Positions 49,396 through 59,130 of a DNA stretch of 64,000 nucleotides are shown piece after piece. This DNA comes from Spirochaetota bacterium (GTDB lineage: Bacteria > Spirochaetota > UBA4802 > UBA5550), in contig JBNKTL010000006.1 of assembly GCA_050298055.1 (NCBI GenBank), forward strand, positions 2,851 through 66,850. The letters run 5' to 3'. Every line of letters starts with the position of its first letter. The stretch's first letter is position 1. The position numbers and the translations under genes are program-made. Below the pieces are notes generated by a model. It saw only the letters and a list, made by a program, of their open reading frames with translations, searched no databases and had not been told where the DNA came from.

Positions 49396-50421
49396 CTACT
49401 TCAAGTTGGCTTTATTGAGATTTCTTATCTCCTCAAGGAACTTTCCCGCACCGAGGACAACACAGGTCAGAGGATTCTCCGCAAGTATCACGGGAACACC
49501 TGTCTCCTTACTCACATACTTGTCGAGCCCCTTGAGCAGTGAACCGCCACCGGTCATGACAATTCCCCTCTCCATAATATCCGCCGCAAGTTCCGGGGGT
49601 GTTTTTTCCAGGGCATGCCTTACACCGTCAAGTATCTGGTCTACTGGTTCCTTGAGCGCCTTTCTCATCTCAACGGAATCAATCTCAAGGTTCCTGGGCA
49701 GCCCGGACATGGCGTCCCTTCCCTTGAGCTCCATCCTTGAGACTTTTTTCTCGGGGAAAGCGTTTCCTATCCGGAACTTGACCTCCTCTGCCATCCTCTC
49801 CCCGATAATAAGGTTATACTGTGTTCTGAGATATTTTATAATTGCTTCGTCAAACTCATCCCCTGCCACCCTGATAGAATCGGCGATAACCATGCCGCCC
49901 AGGGATATGACCGCGATCTCGGTGGTCCCTCCCCCGATATCAAGTACCATGTTACCGGCAGGTTCATGGATGGGGATATTCGCTCCTATTGCGGCGGCAA
50001 GAGCCTCTTCGATAAGGAAGATCTCGCGGGCACCCGCCTGTTCAGCAGACTCCCTTACCGCTCTCTTCTCAACCTCTGTAATCCCTGACGGGACACCGAT
50101 GACAACTCTCGGCCTTACCAGTGTCTTCCTTTTGTGTACCTTGGTTATAAAGTACCTTATCATCTTTTCAGTGGTTTCAAAATCCGCAATAACCCCGTCT
50201 TTCATGGGTCTTATGGCCACAATATCACCCGGTGTACGTCCCAGCATTCTCTTTGCTTCATGACCAACCGCAAGCACTTTTCCCGTACTTGTCTGTACCG
50301 CGACTACCGAGGGTTCACTCAAAACAATCCCCTGCCCCTTCACATGTACAAGCGTGTTGGCTGTTCCCAGGTCTATGCCCATGTCATTTGAGAACATCCC
50401 GTAAAAAGAATTAAATATCAT
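49396..50421 (-). CDS. mreB: Rod shape-determining protein MreB
   Basis: [30 protein letters not shown]. Confidence 0.98.
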   Translation of the reverse strand: MIFNSFYGMFSNDMGIDLGTANTLVHVKGQGIVLSEPSVVAVQTSTGKVLAVGHEAKRMLGRTPGDIVAIRPMKDGVIADFETTEKMIRYFITKVHKRKTLVRPRVVIGVPSGITEVEKRAVRESAEQAGAREIFLIEEALAAAIGANIPIHEPAGNMVLDIGGGTTEIAVISLGGMVIADSIRVAGDEFDEAIIKYLRTQYNLIIGERMAEEVKFRIGNAFPEKKVSRMELKGRDAMSGLPRNLEIDSVEMRKALKEPVDQILDGVRHALEKTPPELAADIMERGIVMTGGGSLLKGLDKYVSKETGVPVILAENPLTCVVLGAGKFLEEIRNLNKANLK

Positions 50422-50818
50422 CGAAAAAATCTCCTGTATTGGTCAACTTAGATAGAGGCTTTCAAAATATATATATTTCTGAGAAGCTTTTTATTACAAA
50501 AAATACCAGCAACATCAAACTCAATAAAAAGAGCTTCGTTTATTTGTCAAGTTTTAATCTCATAAGTGAATTTTTGAGGTAAATTTGAAGACTTTGTCAT
50601 CACAAGGAACGCAGTGATGTAATGAACTGTTCCCCTCGATACAATTTGCCGCGCCTTATTAAGAGCATAAAGCACTGTATTAATAAAGCGGCAAATCACT
50701 CAGGGAACACAGATGCTCATCGAGTGATCCTGCATCTTAATACGCCATTTCCTAACAACTCCGGAGAGCAGGATCGTATCGAGATGAGCTGCGCTCGCTA
50801 TGACAGGAACTGATCCCC

Positions 50819-51817
50819 TTACATGACACCCAGAAGCTTTTTCACTTCCCGGTTCGAACTGTCCCTGGCATAGACTTCGTTCCAGATGGCCCGGGCTTTC
50901 TCTTTTTCACCCAGTGCCAGATAGCTCTTGCCTATCCATATTCTCAATTCGTTATCGTTGCCGTCAATTTCCAGTGCCGTGAGGAACTGTTTTAGTGATT
51001 CACGGTAAAGTGACTGGTTGAAATAGATCTCTCCAAGGCTTACATGTACCAGTTTTTTCAGCCTCTCATTTTTTACCCTCTCCAGAACCTCCTGGAAGTG
51101 GATGATAGCCTGTGTAAATCTCTTTGCAGATTTTTCCGCCGTGGCCAGGAAAAGTGTTCCCTCAAGGCTCTCCTTTACACTGCCATACCTGTTCAGATAT
51201 TCCAACCCTTCATCTTCCCTGCCGTTCAGGATCATCAAGTGAGAATAGAGCCGTACGTCCTCAACACTCTTCAGGGACCCATCCTTCAGATGCTGCAGGG
51301 TATTCAAAATCTCAACAGGTCCGGAAAATCCCGTGTAAAAAAGAGACCAGGCAAGGATCATGGAGATCTCCTTATCGACACTGTCCCCGTTGAGGAGAGC
51401 AATCCCCTTCTTTATATCGCGAATGGAATGCTTGAATTGCTTCCCGGCCTTCCCGCTGACCAGAGGGAACCTGTTGTTAATATAGAGTTCGGAAAAACGC
51501 CCTTCCAGGAAGGTAAGAGCAATATAATAATGCAGCTTACCGGAAAGAAAACAGGTTTCGGGATCTACCTGGTTTTCATTCTTGTAATTATCCACAATCT
51601 TCACAAGTCCCTGCAGGTTTTTCTGCCTCTCTTCCCTGCTGCTTACAGAATTGTTCGCCTCAATTTCGCTCCGAAGCTTGTTGTAAGTATATTTCCAGAA
51701 AAATATACGCTGTTTATACCTGTTGCCCGCGTAGAACGCGGCAGCGGCAAGTATCAGAATGATCAGCAGCCTGATAAACCTGCCGTTCTTTTTCTTTATT
51801 TTATACCTGTAATACAT
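50819..51817 (-). CDS. TPR protein with N-terminal membrane anchor
   Basis: N-terminal TM and C-terminal TPR repeats. Confidence 0.8.
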   Translation of the reverse strand: MYYRYKIKKKNGRFIRLLIILILAAAAFYAGNRYKQRIFFWKYTYNKLRSEIEANNSVSSREERQKNLQGLVKIVDNYKNENQVDPETCFLSGKLHYYIALTFLEGRFSELYINNRFPLVSGKAGKQFKHSIRDIKKGIALLNGDSVDKEISMILAWSLFYTGFSGPVEILNTLQHLKDGSLKSVEDVRLYSHLMILNGREDEGLEYLNRYGSVKESLEGTLFLATAEKSAKRFTQAIIHFQEVLERVKNERLKKLVHVSLGEIYFNQSLYRESLKQFLTALEIDGNDNELRIWIGKSYLALGEKEKARAIWNEVYARDSSNREVKKLLGVM

Positions 51818-51838
51818 TGGAGGCCATCCCGGAAAAAC

Positions 51839-52540
51839 TTACTGGTGTGTTTTATTGTATTCATGGAACTTACGCTGTACACGATCAATTAATTCATTTT
51901 CATTTTCAACAACAAAAAGTTTTACTCCCTGAGAACCTTTAATAAAAGCGGCAATATAGTTATTACCGGAAACCATCTCATTTATCCGGTAAAAATCGAA
52001 GCGGAACTGCTTGTTTTCCATATAAAAGTTGATGCCCTCCCTGTCCAGAAGGAACCTGCCGTTTCCCATTCGCTTGATGTTCTTGTACTCTTTCAGGGAC
52101 GGGTCTATGTTCCCGGTGCCGCTCCTGTAGTCTATCACAGAGGACCTGTCATCAAAAAGGACAAAGCAGTAGGATTCATTTGGATTAGCACTTTCTTTTA
52201 CCACTGTTTTCCCTGAACTCAGATCGGGGGAGTCCGGCTCTTTACGGGAAAAACTTTCAGAATCATCAATCAGATCCACTTCCTCCCCGTCATCTTCGGA
52301 AAGAAGGTGCCTACTTATCTCGTGATGGATCCCTTCATGATCATCAATATCATGGGAAGAGAGTGTTTCCGGTTCAATTTCCTCTTCGGGAAGCCTCTTT
52401 TCAATAATTTCATCTGTTTTATGCCTTTTTCCCGCCGGTTTTCTCCCGGAAAAGACCAGGGGGCTCCCGGCATCTTTAAAAGCAGAGTAGAAAAATACAA
52501 GCAGCCCCGAAAGAATAAAAAAGAGTGATAAATAGAGCAT
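51839..52540 (-). CDS. Hypothetical membrane-anchored protein
   Basis: N-terminal TM, acidic linker, globular C-terminus; co-oriented with the TPR gene. Confidence 0.7.
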   Translation of the reverse strand: MLYLSLFFILSGLLVFFYSAFKDAGSPLVFSGRKPAGKRHKTDEIIEKRLPEEEIEPETLSSHDIDDHEGIHHEISRHLLSEDDGEEVDLIDDSESFSRKEPDSPDLSSGKTVVKESANPNESYCFVLFDDRSSVIDYRSGTGNIDPSLKEYKNIKRMGNGRFLLDREGINFYMENKQFRFDFYRINEMVSGNNYIAAFIKGSQGVKLFVVENENELIDRVQRKFHEYNKTHQ

Positions 52541-52576
52541 GATAGTTCCGTTTTGTGTTATTTATAAGTAAAATTG

Positions 52577-52716
52577 TAACTACTTAGTTGTATGACAAAA
52601 ATATACTTATTTTATAAAATGCCAACAATGTGTCCCCGCCGCCGAAGGCGGCGGGGACACATCAGTTATCTTTTATTCATTAACAGGTCTATTATTATTC
52701 ATAGCTGTATTGTAAC
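52577..52716. repeat. ~140-bp MITE/REP-like element, copy 2 (hairpin 52628-52662)
   Basis: TAACTACTTAG start; ATGTGTCCCCGCCGCC-GAA-GGCGGCGGGGACACAT exactly 51 nt after the start. Confidence 0.8.
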
Positions 52717-52831
52717 GTAAATCTCTATTATGAATTTCGGATATATATACCGGATTTATTAACCGGAAAAGGGAAAACCCGTTTTTAATGGCAGAATTCT
52801 CGTTTTTGGAACATAATATGTCAAGGCATTT

Positions 52832-53788
52832 TCATATCTTCCAGAGCCCCACCTTGAGATAAGGGGTCCCCGGATGGATGAAATCGGATGATTCATTCAT
52901 AACCAGAAGGTTCTTCCAGCGGGGCGGGTGGTAGCTGATATACTCATCCCTGCTTACCGAGTAGGAGTTAACGGAAGTGAGAATATATCCGTCATCGGAA
53001 ATATTTTCCATGATTTTCAGTGCCCCGGGATAGTCTTTTTTAACAGAGAAATTTCTCTTTTTATTTCGGGAAAAAGTCGGCGGATCAAAAATAATGAAAT
53101 TGAAGCCGCGGTGTTTTCTCTCAAAGGTCCTGATCCATTTAAGGGCATCCCCGTAAATAAAGTCCCTCTGATCAACAGGGAGACCGTTCAGCTTATAGTT
53201 GTCTATGGACCTTCTCAAAACTCCCTTTGAAAGGTCAACATTCACAGAATGTTCCACCCCGTTTAAAAGTCCATGGACTGAAAAAATCGAGGTATAGCTG
53301 AAAAAATTTACCATGCTCTTGATTTTTGTATGGCTGTAAAACGGCTTCAGGCTCTCCCTTACCTCCCTCATATCAAGAAAGAGACCGGTATTTTGTCCAT
53401 GGATAAGGTCAACATAAGCATTGACACCGTTCTGCTTCACACAATAATCCCTTCCGGGGAGCTCTCCGGCAACCAGGCGGCTCTCCCTCATATGCTGTAT
53501 CCCGGAAAGAGACCTGCTTCTCAGCCTGTTTTTAACCAGGACCCCCCTGATGGGAACAGGAAAAAGGTCCGCTGCTGTTATTATTCCGTTGATGAGAGAG
53601 GTCTCCCCCGCCAGAAGATCTTCCACTGACCTGTTGAAGTACTGAACAAGAAGGAACTCGCCGTAGAGATCTACAGTCAATCCCTCTATCCCGTCACCTT
53701 CACTGTTAAACAGCCTGAAACAGTCGGTTTCATCATCCTCGAATAAATATTCCCTTTTGAAGAAGGAGCTCTTAAGCTTATCCGACAA
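52832..53788 (-). CDS. RlmI/RlmK-like class I SAM-dependent methyltransferase
   Basis: RLFNSEGDGIEGLTVD.YG, TGLFLDMR, NFFSYT, VDLS, DPPTF. Start uncertain (TTG 53788 avoids overlap with eda; track gives 53893). Confidence 0.85.
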   Translation of the reverse strand: MSDKLKSSFFKREYLFEDDETDCFRLFNSEGDGIEGLTVDLYGEFLLVQYFNRSVEDLLAGETSLINGIITAADLFPVPIRGVLVKNRLRSRSLSGIQHMRESRLVAGELPGRDYCVKQNGVNAYVDLIHGQNTGLFLDMREVRESLKPFYSHTKIKSMVNFFSYTSIFSVHGLLNGVEHSVNVDLSKGVLRRSIDNYKLNGLPVDQRDFIYGDALKWIRTFERKHRGFNFIIFDPPTFSRNKKRNFSVKKDYPGALKIMENISDDGYILTSVNSYSVSRDEYISYHPPRWKNLLVMNESSDFIHPGTPYLKVGLWKI

Positions 53789-53798
53789 TTGGAATCTC

Positions 53799-54443
53799 TT
53801 ATTTTCCTTTTGATTGTAAACCGGAGAGGACCGATCGTATCCTCTTCTCAAGCTCATGGAACTCACCCTTTTGAATGAGGCTGCCGTCGGCAATATAACT
53901 CATACCGCAGGCAATGACGGAATCCAGTTCCATATACTCAAGATAATTTTTCTCATTCACACCGCCCGTGGGAATAATCTGGAACTTTTTCATTTTAAAG
54001 GGAGCGGTCATGCCCTTTATGTATGAAGGGCCGCCCAGGGATGAAGCGGGAAACACCTTTATGATATCGACCCTGTGAAGGGCATTGAAGAATTCCGTGG
54101 GAGTTGAAACACCGGGAACAAAAGGAAGGTTTAAATCTGCAGCAGCTTCAACCGACTGAAGGTCCAGTACGGGAGAGACACCAAAGAGAGCACCGCTGTC
54201 ACACGCCCTCTTTACATCTTCTTTCGAGAGAATACTGCCCGCTCCCACGCTTATATCGGGAAACTCCCGGGAAACCGCATCCAGGCATGAAAAGGCAGAC
54301 TCTGTGCGCAGGGTAATTTCAAGGATTGTTAATGAGCTCTTTAAAAGAATCTCCGCGAATCTGAGGGAATCATCAACTGTGGGGAAAGCAGCAACAGGTA
54401 CAATCCCTGAATTTCTCAGTTTCTGTTTAAAATCAAAATCCAT
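53799..54443 (-). CDS. eda: KDPG/KHG aldolase
   Basis: LEITLRT, VGAGSIL, VSP, PGVSTPTE, IKVFPA, PTGGV. Confidence 0.92.
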   Translation of the reverse strand: MDFDFKQKLRNSGIVPVAAFPTVDDSLRFAEILLKSSLTILEITLRTESAFSCLDAVSREFPDISVGAGSILSKEDVKRACDSGALFGVSPVLDLQSVEAAADLNLPFVPGVSTPTEFFNALHRVDIIKVFPASSLGGPSYIKGMTAPFKMKKFQIIPTGGVNEKNYLEYMELDSVIACGMSYIADGSLIQKGEFHELEKRIRSVLSGLQSKGK

Positions 54444-54808
54444 CCGGATACCCTGCCCTGAGTACTACACGGCACTCACAATCTTTTCAAGAGAAATTCA
54501 ATCTCCTCTTTCTTCTGGGGATCGGGATTCCGGTTTATTGTCTGTTTCAGGCTCTCCCTGAGCTTTAACAAATCTTCCAGCTTTTTATCTCTCTCTGCCA
54601 TTAATAACCCGCAATCCTTTGAAAAGATTCTCTGTGAAGTGATATTGACCAAAAAAAAAATTCACTCAGTTGTCAAATATAATTACAGACTATCAGACAT
54701 AATTTCAAAAAAAAATTTCATCTTAAGCCAAAAAGTGGGAGAGTGATATACTGAATGTTAATAATGTGGATATGTGGATAATTTTTTTGGCAGCTGCCGT
54801 GAGACCGA

Positions 54809-55072
54809 TCACTGCTTACCGGGAAGCTGAGGATTGAGTTTCTTTTCTTTTTTAAGCCTTTTCTTTTCCCTGCGGATTTTAGCGGCCCTTCTCATTCCGG
54901 AATACATGACACCCAGGGCAAAGCTGATGACAAAGTTCACATAGATGAGGACAATGAGTGAGATATTTATCTCCCAGAATATCAGCTTGACCTTTACCTC
55001 CTGGATATTCTGGGTTGAAATGATGATCAGAAGTCCTATGAATACCACAAGCAGGATGTTTTTTATCTTCAT
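54809..55072 (-). CDS. LapA/DUF1049 family small membrane protein
   Basis: TM-QN...V.VKLIFW...SL-TM pattern, basic tail. Confidence 0.8.
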   Translation of the reverse strand: MKIKNILLVVFIGLLIIISTQNIQEVKVKLIFWEINISLIVLIYVNFVISFALGVMYSGMRRAAKIRREKKRLKKEKKLNPQLPGKQ

Positions 55073-55267
55073 GAATTTTCCCCGGTCAATTGTTCTTTAA
55101 TAATTATAACGACTCAGATCTGTGACTTAAAATAATGAATGAACAAGAAACATTAACACTATGAATATTCTTATACATAATTCCGCTCAATTTTTTCAAT
55201 AGAAAAATAATAAAAGAAATTTTTTTTCTTGAAGAATCTGCAGAGATTTCATATCTTTATGCTATCA

Positions 55268-55405
55268 TAACTACTCAGTTATATAGTTAAAATTAATCTA
55301 TTTACTGAAATGCCAACAATATGTCCCCGCCGCCTCTGGCGGCGGTGACATATCAGTTCAATGTTTTAATGTAAATGATTATTCTTATGCAGAACCAGGT
55401 GTTAC
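55268..55405. repeat. ~140-bp MITE/REP-like element, copy 3 (hairpin 55319-55353)
   Basis: TAACTACTCAG start; ATATGTCCCCGCCGCC-TCT-GGCGGCGGTGACATAT 51 nt after the start; flanks align with copy 1. Confidence 0.8.
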
Positions 55406-55436
55406 AAACAGTCTTTAAAATGAAGGGAGGGATTTT

Positions 55437-55598
55437 ATGGCTATTGATAAGATTGGCAGTTCAAATGTATTAAAATCGGGAGTGGCCGAAAACCTGAAAA
55501 AACACGCTGAGAAGGTGCTCTCCGATGACAAGAACCAGAAACCCCTTGATAAGATCAGGGAAGAGAGCAAGGGGGGGAAGATAGATACGAAGGCGTAA
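55437..55598 (+). CDS. Small hypothetical protein (53 aa), below the ORF-track cut-off
   Basis: GGGAGG RBS; MAIDKIGSSNVLKSGVAENLKKHAEKVLSDDKNQKPLDKIREESKGGKIDTKA. Confidence 0.65.
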   Translation: MAIDKIGSSNVLKSGVAENLKKHAEKVLSDDKNQKPLDKIREESKGGKIDTKA

Positions 55599-55668
55599 AG
55601 ACAGTTCCGGGTTTCAAGTTCCGAGTTCCGAGTTCGCTGTTGGCGAAATGTCCTGTAATTTTTAAACT

Positions 55669-55752
55669 TTAAATTTTAACATGACCTTTGTTAGTATTTA
55701 TTGCTTCCGCATGCAGTTTTAATCCAAGTGCGTTGATAGTCTCTAAAACCAT
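55669..55752 (-). pseudogene. C-terminal remnant of an addiction-module antidote (HTH) gene
   Basis: Translates VLETINALGLKLHAEAIN..., resembling the C-terminus of HI1420-type antidote proteins; the 5' part is replaced by a short repeat. Confidence 0.4.
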
Positions 55753-55813
55753 CCGCGTTTATCCGCGGTTAAACTCTTCCTCTTGCCTTGGAACCCGGAA
55801 CCCGGAACTTTCT

Positions 55814-56269
55814 TTATACATACCTGGCTTTGTCCTTCGTCTCAGCATAATATTTCTCAATACCCATTTCCCGGATTTTTTCATTGAGGGCAACCCATCT
55901 TTTTTGGAGGTTCTCATCAAAATGTGTTTTGTCACAGGGGAAATCATCACACTGAAAACAGAAGTCCACTTTTTTCTCCCGGTGACAGCTTCTCACCCCG
56001 CAATTTTTAAAAAGCCTGCAGTTTTCCTTTCTGCAGCCCCTGCAGTTTTCCGAGGCAAAATAATCGAGCATTATTTTAAAATCAGAGAATTTCTCAAATA
56101 CAGGTTCATCAAGGAGAGTTTCAAATCTTTTCGCGTAAAGATCAAAGTTACCAAGTTTCTCTTTGAGTTCCCGGCTCTGCTTTCTGATATCCCCATCAAC
56201 ATGGGCAAAACATTTTTCGCAATTAAGTCCGCAGGGACTTATCGCATCAAGGATCTTCTGGTCTGTCAT
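55814..56269 (-). CDS. DUF3795 Cys-rich protein
   Basis: SPCGLNCEKC, CRGCR, C.VRSC, CFQCDDFPC. Confidence 0.85.
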   Translation of the reverse strand: MTDQKILDAISPCGLNCEKCFAHVDGDIRKQSRELKEKLGNFDLYAKRFETLLDEPVFEKFSDFKIMLDYFASENCRGCRKENCRLFKNCGVRSCHREKKVDFCFQCDDFPCDKTHFDENLQKRWVALNEKIREMGIEKYYAETKDKARYV

Positions 56270-56315
56270 TTTTCCTCCCGGAGCGTAAAATGCTCGTTGA
56301 AATGATTATCCGACA

Positions 56316-57200
56316 TCATTGCTGAATTTGCATTGTCATCTGAACAAGGGCATCCCATAGACGTTTTCCCGATACTACATCGTTCATAGCCTTGTCGGTT
56401 TTTTTTAGACGCTTATCAAGTCGGAATAAAGCGCCGTTGAGCGCATTCCGGTCTGGATATTCGAGCACGAGATCGGCGATTGGTTCACCCGCGATCCTGG
56501 TCGGTTTTGCAAACAGCATTGTCAGAGTCCGCCAGATGAATCCCCAAAAGCCGGATGGCCATCGGTCAGCTAACTCAGGATCGGATTTGTCAATAACATA
56601 TGCAGGATCAAAGGCCACGCATGCTATTCTACCTGCATAGCGCCGGGCAGTTTCACCCGCGATCATTCTATTCATGACCTTTGTTCGATCGAAGGCAGCC
56701 ATAGGTTTTTGACATTTGATACTCTCCAGGTCTTCCCAGTCAATATCCTTCTTGAAAGGAGCAATGACGTGAAGCAGAAGTCCGTCTGACTTTTCCATGC
56801 GTTCTAACAGCAATTCCGTAAGCATGAAAGGACCAATTACGTTGGTAGCAAACATTACTTCATGTCCATTGGGGAGTACTGTTGGCCCATTTTGGAGAAA
56901 GGCCCCTACAGAGAGTATTAACCCATTTATTTCAGGGTATCGCTTTATAGCTTCAGATGCGGCAGATTGTACAGATGCCAGTTCAGAAAAGTCAATTACC
57001 AGATAATCCATGTCAGAATCCTGAATTGTTATACCTTCTTCATGCAGATCTTTACGAATACCATATATCTTGCTTTCTAATTTCTTACTATTGCGTCCGA
57101 GTAAGACGACTCGTGCACCTTTGCGTGCCAGAGCGATTGCAGCAGCCCTTCCGATGTTTCCGGTTGCTCCTGCAATAAGAATAGTCTGTTGTTTTATCAT
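56316..57200 (-). CDS. Short-chain dehydrogenase/reductase (atypical active site)
   Basis: IAGATGNIG, LLGRN, FATNVIGPF; YxxxK position reads FDRTK. Confidence 0.85.
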   Translation of the reverse strand: MIKQQTILIAGATGNIGRAAAIALARKGARVVLLGRNSKKLESKIYGIRKDLHEEGITIQDSDMDYLVIDFSELASVQSAASEAIKRYPEINGLILSVGAFLQNGPTVLPNGHEVMFATNVIGPFMLTELLLERMEKSDGLLLHVIAPFKKDIDWEDLESIKCQKPMAAFDRTKVMNRMIAGETARRYAGRIACVAFDPAYVIDKSDPELADRWPSGFWGFIWRTLTMLFAKPTRIAGEPIADLVLEYPDRNALNGALFRLDKRLKKTDKAMNDVVSGKRLWDALVQMTMQIQQ

Positions 57201-57449
57201 TTCATTACTCCTTTGTCTTATTTCCAATGAATAGAATAGATAAATATCAATATTTTCTTAATATTTTCCCCAAGAAGTCAACAATAATTGAATAGTAATC
57301 ATAAAATGAACTGGCATTCCCGCATAACACTTAAAACCATCCGCGTTCATCTGCGGCCACTCTTTCTCTTTTTCCAAAAAAAGAATTGTTTTTTTCCCCG
57401 GACTGAGAGTAATATTCACAAACAATCAGAAAAACAATCTCAGGAGTTA

Positions 57450-58094
57450 ATGACTATGAAGAGAAAAGGTATTATACTAATACTTGTTATACTCACAGGT
57501 TTTTTGAGCACCGGGTGTTTCATGGGGAAACGGGTCATGAAGGAGAAAAAATACTCCGACGGCTCAAAGTATAAAGGGCAGATGAAAAGCGGCAAGATGG
57601 ACGGAAAGGGTGAATATGTATGGCCCGATGGCTCCCGGTATTTTGGCGAATGGAAAGACAACAACCGGCAGGGGAAGGGCCTCTACACCTGGCCCAACGG
57701 CATGAAATATGACGGCGACTGGATCAATGACAAGATGCTGGGGAAGGGAACAATCACCTATCCCAACGGCAATAAATATACCGGGGATGTTAAAAACGGG
57801 CTGAAAGAGGGAAAAGGCAGGCTTGAACTGGCTGATGGAAGCGTCTATACCGGTGATTTTAAGAATGATAAACAGAACGGGACCGGGACCATGGTCAGTA
57901 AAAACGGTGATAAATATACAGGTGAATGGAAGGACAACAAAAAGAACGGCAGGGGGACCCAGGTATGGGCCGACGGTTCAAAGTATGAAGGAGAGTGGAA
58001 AAATAACAACAGGCATGGCCAGGGGATAATGACCGGAAAGAAAGGGACCGTTGAGAAAGGCAAGTTCCTCAATGATGTGTTTGTGGGAAAATAG
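57450..58094 (+). CDS. MORN-repeat lipoprotein
   Basis: AGGAG RBS; lipobox LSTGC; repeated Y.GEWK..K..G.G.Y.W.DG. Confidence 0.92.
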   Translation: MTMKRKGIILILVILTGFLSTGCFMGKRVMKEKKYSDGSKYKGQMKSGKMDGKGEYVWPDGSRYFGEWKDNNRQGKGLYTWPNGMKYDGDWINDKMLGKGTITYPNGNKYTGDVKNGLKEGKGRLELADGSVYTGDFKNDKQNGTGTMVSKNGDKYTGEWKDNKKNGRGTQVWADGSKYEGEWKNNNRHGQGIMTGKKGTVEKGKFLNDVFVGK

Positions 58095-58096
58095 TA

Positions 58097-59104
58097 TCAG
58101 GAAAAGATTTCATCCAGTGTTTCCCGTATGGCAAGCCTCAAATCATCGGGAGAATGAGCATAGCCAAGTTCTTCGCCGGCTTTTCCGCTGTTGATATAGT
58201 GAAAGGAGTTTCCCAGCAGGGCCTGCTGGCTGTTCATGACAATCCCCGCGTATCCCATGAAGCGGGAAAGTCCCCGGGGGAGTGTGAAAAGGGGGATTTT
58301 CCCTTTCCGGGAAAATGAATATTCTTCTGATGCAATTCTTCTTACAAGCCGGGCAAAATCCTTCATTGTCATGTTTTCTCCCCCCAGGAGATACCTGTCC
58401 CGTGGCTTTCCCCGGAACAGTGCGGACACGATTCCCCGGGCGGCCTTCTCCGCGGAAGTATAGCTTGCCCCGCCGGAGAGAACAGGCATCCCTTTGAGAA
58501 TTTTTCTCATGAGGCCGGTATTGGTTGTGGACCTGTTTCCCCTCTTCTTTCCCACCAGGGATCCCGGCTCTGTGATCACCGGGTTGAGTGAAAGCTCCCC
58601 GGAGAGGTCCAGCACACGTCTAACCGCTTCTCTCTTTATATCAGCATAGACGGACAGACCTTTACGGTAATAATCAGTATCTTCTTTAATAATTTCTTCC
58701 GGCGAAGGTTCACCGGCGAGAAAACCGTGTGAGGCAACACTCCCCACAAAGACAAAGCGACGGATAACACCTCTTCTGTTGAGAATGCCAAGGATCCGGG
58801 TAAAATTTTCCGCCGTCTTTACATTACTTGTATACGCGCTTTCATAATCCTGGTGATAATCCACCGAACCTGCGAGAAAAAGGGCTTCACTTATCTCAGG
58901 ACCGGTTTCATCTGCCAGGGGGTTAATACAACCTTCCTGTGACAGGTCCCCTTCAATAAACCGGTCAATATACGCTGCAACATGCCCGGCTGCGGAAGCG
59001 TTTCTGGCAAATGCCGTTACGCGGTACCCCTCATTTTTAAGGATGGCGGATACCCGGGAACCGAGGAAACCTGATGCTCCGGCAATAAGAATATTTCTTT
59101 TCAT
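58097..59104 (-). CDS. NAD-dependent epimerase/dehydratase family
   Basis: IAGASGFLG, YADIK, RYLLGGEN, KA..ELGY. Confidence 0.9.
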   Translation of the reverse strand: MKRNILIAGASGFLGSRVSAILKNEGYRVTAFARNASAAGHVAAYIDRFIEGDLSQEGCINPLADETGPEISEALFLAGSVDYHQDYESAYTSNVKTAENFTRILGILNRRGVIRRFVFVGSVASHGFLAGEPSPEEIIKEDTDYYRKGLSVYADIKREAVRRVLDLSGELSLNPVITEPGSLVGKKRGNRSTTNTGLMRKILKGMPVLSGGASYTSAEKAARGIVSALFRGKPRDRYLLGGENMTMKDFARLVRRIASEEYSFSRKGKIPLFTLPRGLSRFMGYAGIVMNSQQALLGNSFHYINSGKAGEELGYAHSPDDLRLAIRETLDEIFS

Positions 59105-59130
59105 TATAATACAATTGATAAATAATTTAT

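Noticed and set aside
49406..50263. 285-aa plus-strand ORF (and similar ones at 51044-51892, 10075-10653, 55688-56305)
   Set aside because: Antisense to well-supported genes, with no recognisable motifs.
54765..54781. DnaA-box match TGTGGATAA with an overlapping near-match
   Set aside because: Only one perfect box and no dnaA/dnaN context; insufficient for oriC.
7328..55353. 35-bp palindromes as CRISPR repeats or simple terminators
   Set aside because: Copies are kilobases apart with no spacers or cas genes, lack a directly adjacent U-tract, and two lie between divergent genes.
55600..57370. Possible integron cassette array
   Set aside because: No attC-type RYYYAAC...GTTRRRY structures recognised and no integrase.
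57540..58080. Periodic DNA repeats
   Set aside because: Explained by MORN protein repeats.
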